Shown here: positions 38,886-44,906 of the stretch, in pieces
Numbering within the stretch: the stretch's first letter is position 1
How the letters are laid out: every line of letters starts with the position of its first letter
Assembly (NCBI GenBank): GCA_030610765.1
Contig: JAUWRD010000003.1
Location: 1-44,906 of the forward strand
Reading direction: 5' to 3'
Length of the DNA stretch: 44,906 nucleotides
Source: Actinomycetes bacterium
Lineage (GTDB): Bacteria > Actinomycetota > Aquicultoria > CAJVYJ01 > JAUVQD01
Position numbers and translations under genes: made by a program
Notes under the pieces: model-generated
Database searches by the model: none
Seen by the model: only the letters and a program-made list of their open reading frames with translations
Told to the model about the DNA's origin: nothing

Positions 38886-40734
38886 CAGCAATCTCCAAGC
38901 CAATTTTCCCACGACAAACCCCACACTCACTACACAGATTATCCCGGCAATCTTCAGTTTCCTCAGCGCTTGTCGCCAGTTCATATTCTCGTTTCAACCA
39001 ATCTATATCTATCCCGGTATCGATATGACCCCAGGGCAGCGGCTCGCCCACATTGATTGCCTTTTCACCAACATCCATCCCCGCCAAGGAAAATGCTTCT
39101 TTCCAGATTTCAAACTCGAACCTTTCTGTCCAGCTATCAAACCCGGCTCCGAGCTTGCAAGCGTTTTCAATTGCGTTCGCTGTCTCCCGCCCGCCTCTTG
39201 CCAGCGCTGCCTCTAAAACACTGACTGAGGCATCATGCCACCTTAAGAATATTTGTTTTGATTTCACATTGTCCCTAATAAGTTTTTGCCGCCGCTCAAT
39301 TTCTTCCGGCAGCAGCGTTTTGATCCACTGAAAGGGCGTGTGTGGTTTTGGAACAAAAGAAGCGACGCTGACAGTCAATTTTATTCTGCCAACGTTTTTT
39401 CCTTTAAGCTCATCGCGCGCGGCCGATAGAATCTTGTTTAAGAGCTGGGCTATACCAATTACGTCTTCATCAGTTTCAGTCGGCAGGCCAATCATGAAAT
39501 AAAGCTTCAGTCTGGACCAACCCATTTTGAATGCCTTTGTTGTCGCCTCTAAGATCTGTGCTTCAGTGAGCCCTTTATTGATTACCCTTCTAAGCCTTTC
39601 TGTGCCGGCCTCGGGAGCGAAGGTTAGCCCGGTTCTCTTCATTTTCGCAATCGTCGCAGCTATATCTACAGAAAATTGATCTGTCCGCATTGAAGGCAAA
39701 GAAATTGATCTTCCAGGAGATTTCGATAAGTTCGCGATGGCCTCAAGCATCTCCACGATCTGAGAGTGGTCTGTAGTGCTAAGAGACGAGAGAGAGACGT
39801 CTTCGTAGCCAGTTGCCTTAATCTGTTCCGAGACCGCCTTCACAACTGTATCTACCTTTCTCTCCCTGGTTGGCCTGTAGACAATACCAGCCTGACAAAA
39901 TCGGCACCCTCTTGTGCAACCCCTCATCACCTCTATCACGCATCTGTCGTGGATCGTCTCCATGTATGGCACAACCGGATTTTTAGGAATGCTTAGGTTG
40001 TCAATCCCGGTCATCACGCGACGTTTAATGCTCAACCCTTGCTCGCCCTTTTCAGTAAACCTACTGGAACCGTTGATCTCACCCTTCGCCGGAATATAGA
40101 CACCTTCAATTCGCGAAAGAGATTTCAAGACCTCTTCCCTCAATGGTTTGCGGTTTTGTTTCTGTTTTTCCTTATCTACCGTGTCAAGAATCTCTAAGAT
40201 CGCGTCCTCTGCTTCGCCAATAAGAAATAGATCAAAGAACGGGGCCATTGGTTCCGGGTTAAACGCGCAGGGCCCACCACCAATAACTAAAGGACAGCTT
40301 TCGTCCCTTTCTTCTGATCTAAGCGGTATCCCTGCCAATCTCAACATTCTTAAAACGTTTGTAAAGGTCAGTTCATATTGAAGTGAAAAGCCGAACAGGT
40401 CGAAGCTATCCTTTATGGGCACTTTAGTTTCAAGGGACAGGAGCGGCAAGCCCTTCTTCTGCATCTCCGCTTCCATGTCGATCCAGGGAGCGAAAACGCG
40501 CTCGCAATGAAAACGCTCGTGACTGTTTATGATGTCATAAAGTAATTGCAGGCCGAGATTGGACATTCCGATCTCGTAAACATCTGGATAGGCAAGAGCA
40601 ATAGAGACATCGCCTGTGTCTTTCGACGATTGATTCCATTCAGCCCCAATATATCTGCTCGGTCGCCTGACATCCGGCAATATTTCATATAACTGCCTTT
40701 CGTACTTTGAAGACAAAAGACGACCTTCTTTCAA
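38878..40734 (-). CDS. radical SAM protein, TIGR03960-like
   Basis: RPSRYIGAEWN, YPDVYEIGMSN, RGCTRGCRFCQAG (CxxxCxxC), TFAPEAGTERLR, C-terminal Cys cluster; alternative TTG start at 40716. Confidence 0.93.
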   Translation of the reverse strand: MKEGRLLSSKYERQLYEILPDVRRPSRYIGAEWNQSSKDTGDVSIALAYPDVYEIGMSNLGLQLLYDIINSHERFHCERVFAPWIDMEAEMQKKGLPLLSLETKVPIKDSFDLFGFSLQYELTFTNVLRMLRLAGIPLRSEERDESCPLVIGGGPCAFNPEPMAPFFDLFLIGEAEDAILEILDTVDKEKQKQNRKPLREEVLKSLSRIEGVYIPAKGEINGSSRFTEKGEQGLSIKRRVMTGIDNLSIPKNPVVPYMETIHDRCVIEVMRGCTRGCRFCQAGIVYRPTRERKVDTVVKAVSEQIKATGYEDVSLSSLSTTDHSQIVEMLEAIANLSKSPGRSISLPSMRTDQFSVDIAATIAKMKRTGLTFAPEAGTERLRRVINKGLTEAQILEATTKAFKMGWSRLKLYFMIGLPTETDEDVIGIAQLLNKILSAARDELKGKNVGRIKLTVSVASFVPKPHTPFQWIKTLLPEEIERRQKLIRDNVKSKQIFLRWHDASVSVLEAALARGGRETANAIENACKLGAGFDSWTERFEFEIWKEAFSLAGMDVGEKAINVGEPLPWGHIDTGIDIDWLKREYELATSAEETEDCRDNLCSECGVCRGKIGLEIAGE

Positions 40735-40743
40735 TGGATTTAC

Positions 40744-41643
40744 TTAAGAATCTAAAGACTGAGTTAATTCTGGTTCTTCGGGTTCGATCAAAGCAGTGTC
40801 ATTCTTCCCATCAATATTCTCAAAATACTTTACGGCTAAGACGCCAATTGCCCTAGTGCCCGAATAAGCTATGGCTCCTTTGACAGCCCAACCCGCAATG
40901 GGTATAAATCCAAGTAATTGCCTGGCTGCCGCTCTAAGAGAAAACCCTCCGCCAACAACAAATAATAGCTCTTTGGCCCGTTCTAGGGTGAGGCTCGCAC
41001 CATGAGACGCGGCTATCAAAAGAACCATCCGAATTTGATTTGCTGTCAATACCGGCAAATCGCTGGCTGGAATGAAGCTTGCTACACCGATTATTCCGTT
41101 TTGGCCTGAAATTTCATCAATGATCTGTCTTGTTACGATCTGTCGAAAGCCGGTGACTTTTGCCGCCAAAGAGATTCTTTTGCTTTCAACCCTTTCAGCT
41201 ATTTTGGATAAAAGTCGTTGCCGGCTTAGCTCATCTTCCTCTGAAGAGAAGAATATGACTCTTGAAGGACTGAGATTCAAAGCGATTTCTGCTTCAACCT
41301 GTTTAGCCTTTTGCGTTGCCTCGCTCAAGCCTGAAACATCGATAAACGCGATGACATCCAAACCCGATTTGCTGCTCTCAGCAGCTATCGAAATCAATTC
41401 TTCGTCAATCGCGGTATTTCCAGTTATCACGATCGCCAACATATCAACTGTTTTCATCTCGTATTTTGACAGCGGTTTGTTTATCTTTATGAATACTTGA
41501 TCAGCGCCCGGTCCAACAACATCGATCAACCCGGCGATCGCCGATTCACTGCCGGCGGTTAGCAGTATTGTTTCTTTTTCAAGCTCATGGCGCACATCCG
41601 CTAGTATCTTGTGCCAATCTCTAAGCTTAAGCTTGCTTTTCAA
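40744..41643 (-). CDS. DUF697/YcjF-like protein
   Basis: C-terminal FIPASDLPVLTANQIRMVLLIAASHG...ARQLLGFIPIAGWAVKGAIAYSGTRAIG; TTG start after AAGGAG. Confidence 0.75.
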   Translation of the reverse strand: MKSKLKLRDWHKILADVRHELEKETILLTAGSESAIAGLIDVVGPGADQVFIKINKPLSKYEMKTVDMLAIVITGNTAIDEELISIAAESSKSGLDVIAFIDVSGLSEATQKAKQVEAEIALNLSPSRVIFFSSEEDELSRQRLLSKIAERVESKRISLAAKVTGFRQIVTRQIIDEISGQNGIIGVASFIPASDLPVLTANQIRMVLLIAASHGASLTLERAKELLFVVGGGFSLRAAARQLLGFIPIAGWAVKGAIAYSGTRAIGVLAVKYFENIDGKNDTALIEPEEPELTQSLDS

Positions 41644-41663
41644 TCGCGCTCCTTATTTAAGTC

Positions 41664-42773
41664 TTAGCTCCATCTTCGTCGGTAAATGCTAAGCAAAAGA
41701 CCGACCGACGCCATATTTACCAACATTGCGCTCCCGCCGTAACTAATAAACGGTAGCGGTATTCCGGTCACTGGCATTATACCAATTGTCATCCCAATGT
41801 TTACGAGGACTTGAAATATCCACATGCTGCCGATACCGGTCGCGACTAGCACCCCGAAGTGATTCCTTGAAGAAACAGCAATTTGTATAACCCTAGACAT
41901 GATCAAAAAGAAGACAATTATTACTAGAACTGAACCAATAAAGCCTAGCTCCTCCCCGATAACCGCAAAAATAAAGTCAGTATGCCTAACTGCCGCTGGA
42001 AGAAAGTTTAACCTTGATTGAGTATTTAAAAAAAGGCCTTTCCCGACGATTCCCCCTGATCCGATCGCAATCATCGATTGTCTAAGGTTATACCCGCTAC
42101 CCAGCGGATCAACGCTCGGATTGAAAAATACTACCAGTCTTTCCATTTGATAATCTTGAAGAAGGTCGAGCTTTATCACAAAACCGATCATAAGATAGGC
42201 TACGAGCGCCAGAATAAGTATCTGCTTTGGGGTTATACCGGCAACCATTAGCATCCCTATTGTAATCGCGACCAGTACTAAGGCCGTTCCAAGATCCGGC
42301 TGAAGCACTATCAGGAGGATCGGTGGAATCATATAAGCAATCGCACGCAGAACATCTCGCCAATCAGAAAGGTCGCCTTTTTTTTCGGCCAGATAGGCTC
42401 CAAGCGTAAGAATTATTAGTATTTTAGAGAGCTCACTCGGCTGAAATGAAAAAGAGCCCACCTGGATCCATCGTTGCGCGCCTAATGCTACCCTGCCCTT
42501 TATAAATACAGTGATCAAAAAAAGAATGTTGACGCCATAGATGATGACAATATAATTCTTTAAGCTACTGTAGTTAAATATGGCCAAAGCCACCATCAAA
42601 ATCAGTCCAATGAAAATCCAGACCAATTGTTTTTTGAGATACGAACCATCACTGTCTCCGCCGCTGCTCATGGCGTATAGAGCCAATATACCGATAGCCA
42701 CCAAAACTATGGCAGTCGCAAATAGCACAATGTCAACTTGTTTTATATTTTCTCGCCAGTCTGTAATCTTAAT
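41664..42773 (-). CDS. rodA: rod shape-determining protein RodA (SEDS)
   Basis: GAQRWI, FQPSELSK, LQPDLGT, AIGSGG, HTDFIFAVIGEELG, TGIPLPFISYGGS. Start placed at ATT 42773 (ORF track GTG 42728). Confidence 0.97.
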   Translation of the reverse strand: MKITDWRENIKQVDIVLFATAIVLVAIGILALYAMSSGGDSDGSYLKKQLVWIFIGLILMVALAIFNYSSLKNYIVIIYGVNILFLITVFIKGRVALGAQRWIQVGSFSFQPSELSKILIILTLGAYLAEKKGDLSDWRDVLRAIAYMIPPILLIVLQPDLGTALVLVAITIGMLMVAGITPKQILILALVAYLMIGFVIKLDLLQDYQMERLVVFFNPSVDPLGSGYNLRQSMIAIGSGGIVGKGLFLNTQSRLNFLPAAVRHTDFIFAVIGEELGFIGSVLVIIVFFLIMSRVIQIAVSSRNHFGVLVATGIGSMWIFQVLVNIGMTIGIMPVTGIPLPFISYGGSAMLVNMASVGLLLSIYRRRWS

Positions 42774-44613
42774 TGCTTGAACCCTCGTCGCTATCGCTTG
42801 GAGAATAGATGTCTTCTAGAATTTCACGGGCCGCCGGGGCGGCAGTCGACCCCCCGTGGCCTCCTTGCTCTACAATTATTGAAATAATATATTTTGGATC
42901 TTCAGCCGGAGCGTAGGCAACAAATAGAGCGTAATCGTCTTTTCCGGCCACCTCTGAAGTTCCCGTCTTTCCGCTCACCGCTACCGGTAATCCGGTAAAG
43001 ATACCTTTCGCTGTCCCGTCAATCGTGACACGCCTTAAGCCCCTCTTGATGACGTTGAGATCGTTTTGCGAAAGATCAAGTTCTCTTTCTTTTTTTGGTG
43101 AGGCGCTATAGATGCTTCGTCCTTCCAGTCCTTTAACGGTTTTGACAACGTGCGGTTTATAGAAAACACCGTCATTGACAAGCGCCGCGTACATATTGGC
43201 TACCTGAAGAGGGGTCGCGAGAAGATCGCCTTGCCCAATTGCCATATTCACGGTATCGCCGGGAAACCATTGTTGATTCTCGACCCAAGTCTTGTTGAGC
43301 TCCTTTTTCCAGGCCGGTGTCGGAACACGCCCCCCTACCTCTGATGGTAAATCAATTCCTGTTTTCGACCCGACCCCCAAGCGGCGAGCCCAGCGCTGAA
43401 GATCATTTTTGCCTCTTTTGTAAAGCATATTTCCTACCTCATAAAAGTAGGTGTCACAAGAGATCCTAAGAGCGCCTTCAAGCGACTGCCGTCCGTGTCC
43501 GCTGCGGTCCCAGCACCATTTGCCCCACTGTTTGCCCAAGCCAAACCAGCGCCCACGACAAACAAACGTGGTTCCGGTCGAAATAACGCCTGTCTTCAAC
43601 CCGGCTATGGCTGAAACCAATTTAAAAGTTGAGCCAGGCGGATAGCTAGACATAATCGCCCGGTTGTTTAAGGGATAGTCGTTTTTCTCATCAATCATCT
43701 TTGACCAATTGGCTTGGCTGATGCCGCCAATGAACATCTCGGGGTCAAATGTCGGATAACTGGCCATGGCCAATATCTCGCCTTTTGGCTTCATCACAAC
43801 TATTGCCCCGGCCGATGCTCTCGGAAATTTATCTCTATTTGCTCTCGCAATTGCCTTCACAAGCGCCTTTTCGGCCGATGCCTGAATATCAGCATCTAAA
43901 GTCAGAATAATATTGTTCCCGGGTATCGCGTCTTTTTTATCAATAACCCGGAGCAGTTGACCGGCTGCGTTGACCTCAACGAATTGTGTTCCTTTGTCTC
44001 CAGCCAGGAGGTCTTCGTATTCTTTCTCTACCCCGCCCTTCCCGACAAGATCGCCTAGATCGTATCCGGCAAATTCTGTTTCTTCTTTTTCCTGTTCAGA
44101 TAACTCACCAAGGTAGCCAATCAGGTGAGCTGCCATGTTGCCGAGTGGATAGGCCCTGACGGACCGAACTTCAAGCTCAACTCCAATATATTCGTTCTTA
44201 TGTTCCTCAAAATACGCGACTACCTCGGGGGAGATATCCTGCTTTATTGTTCTTGGTTCTATCTGGTTAACGTTCTGGCTTCTGGCTTTCCTTGTAACTT
44301 CCGCTTGATCCATCTGAAGGAGCTTGGCCACCTTTTCGAGCAAACGATCGTTATCTATCTCTTCAGGCTCAATCGTTAAGATGATAGAAGGACGGTTGCT
44401 TACGATTGGCTTTGCGTTTCTGTCTAGTATTTGTCCTCTCGGGGCGTGAATGGCAATCTGCTTTATCCGGTTGTCTTCGGACAAACGTTTAAACTCCTGC
44501 CCCTGAACACCCTGAAGAAACCATAAGCGAATTGTGAGGACCGCCAGTACCGCCAGAACCGTTAATGCGAATATTCGAAGTCGAGCCTGAGTAATGTCAC
44601 CGATATCATCCAT
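42769..44613 (-). CDS. mrdA: penicillin-binding protein 2
   Basis: N-terminal TM, APRGQILDRN, SxxK (GSTFK), SxD (SCD), KTG (GKTGTSE); between mreD and rodA. Confidence 0.97.
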   Translation of the reverse strand: MDDIGDITQARLRIFALTVLAVLAVLTIRLWFLQGVQGQEFKRLSEDNRIKQIAIHAPRGQILDRNAKPIVSNRPSIILTIEPEEIDNDRLLEKVAKLLQMDQAEVTRKARSQNVNQIEPRTIKQDISPEVVAYFEEHKNEYIGVELEVRSVRAYPLGNMAAHLIGYLGELSEQEKEETEFAGYDLGDLVGKGGVEKEYEDLLAGDKGTQFVEVNAAGQLLRVIDKKDAIPGNNIILTLDADIQASAEKALVKAIARANRDKFPRASAGAIVVMKPKGEILAMASYPTFDPEMFIGGISQANWSKMIDEKNDYPLNNRAIMSSYPPGSTFKLVSAIAGLKTGVISTGTTFVCRGRWFGLGKQWGKWCWDRSGHGRQSLEGALRISCDTYFYEVGNMLYKRGKNDLQRWARRLGVGSKTGIDLPSEVGGRVPTPAWKKELNKTWVENQQWFPGDTVNMAIGQGDLLATPLQVANMYAALVNDGVFYKPHVVKTVKGLEGRSIYSASPKKERELDLSQNDLNVIKRGLRRVTIDGTAKGIFTGLPVAVSGKTGTSEVAGKDDYALFVAYAPAEDPKYIISIIVEQGGHGGSTAAPAAREILEDIYSPSDSDEGSSN

Positions 44614-44906
44614 TTATTTGAATACCTTGCTTTGCCTTTGAGAACTCAAAAAACGGCTAAGATATGGAAACACCGGAACGCTAACAAGTGCCGTATATGC
44701 AGCCGACGGGAGAACAACGACCCTTAAAGCCGCACCAAAATTCACGGGTTCTCCCATTAAAAAAGCCAGACCAACATAGATTATCTGAGAAATTACACTA
44801 ATTCCCGCAATAACAACTACTGGCAGCAGCAGGCTGCTTCCAAGAATTGTCCTCTCTGCTTGACCCGAAATATAAACGGTAAGGGTTTTTGCCAGAGCCG
44901 TTAAAC
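44614..44906 (-). CDS. mreD: rod shape-determining protein MreD, 5' part outside the window
   Basis: Hand translation LTALAKTLTVYISGQAERTILGSSLLLPVVVIAGISVISQIIYVGLAFLMGE...VVLPSAAYTALVSVPVFPYL...KVFK*; hydrophobic, stop abuts the mrdA ATG. Confidence 0.85.
   Translation of the reverse strand, partial: LTALAKTLTVYISGQAERTILGSSLLLPVVVIAGISVISQIIYVGLAFLMGEPVNFGAALRVVVLPSAAYTALVSVPVFPYLSRFLSSQRQSKVFK

Overview
A 44.9-kb stretch of bacterial core chromosome in which every credible gene lies on the minus strand. In transcription order (high to low coordinates): mreD(partial)-mrdA-rodA-DUF697-like protein-radical SAM (TIGR03960-like)-radical SAM-linked protein-rng-rplU-rpmA-obg-proB-proA-BlaI/CopY regulator-REC/GAF/PAS/PP2C phosphatase-nadD-yqeK-LCP/LytR_C protein-rsfS-tRNA-Ala(GGC)-[structured repeat, sulfatase-like membrane protein, REP-like repeat, secreted anchored protein]-leuS-yraN-comM-dprA-xerC-whiG-rpsB-tsf-pyrH-frr-uppS-cdsA-dxr-rseP-ispG-proS-GT2-rimP-nusA-infB-rbfA-nrnA(partial). 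The yraN-comM-dprA-xerC-whiG-rpsB order, the WhiG-type sigma, L27 without an N-terminal extension or Prp protease, a short EF-Ts and moderate GC suggest a deep-branching, rod-shaped Actinomycetota (inference). Mostly housekeeping; I saw no CRISPR array, transposase or prophage. The points most worth following up are an RseP with a PDZ domain apparently on each side of the membrane, several conserved genes that seem to need ATA/ATC/ATT/CTG starts, a structured inverted-repeat element abutting tRNA-Ala at the head of a two-gene accessory insert, an orphan BlaI next to a pseudo-receiver PP2C phosphatase, a C3H zinc-finger-like tail on NusA, and a WhiG retaining c-di-GMP-contact residues beside competence genes. 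All domain calls are from motif recognition by eye, not database searches.
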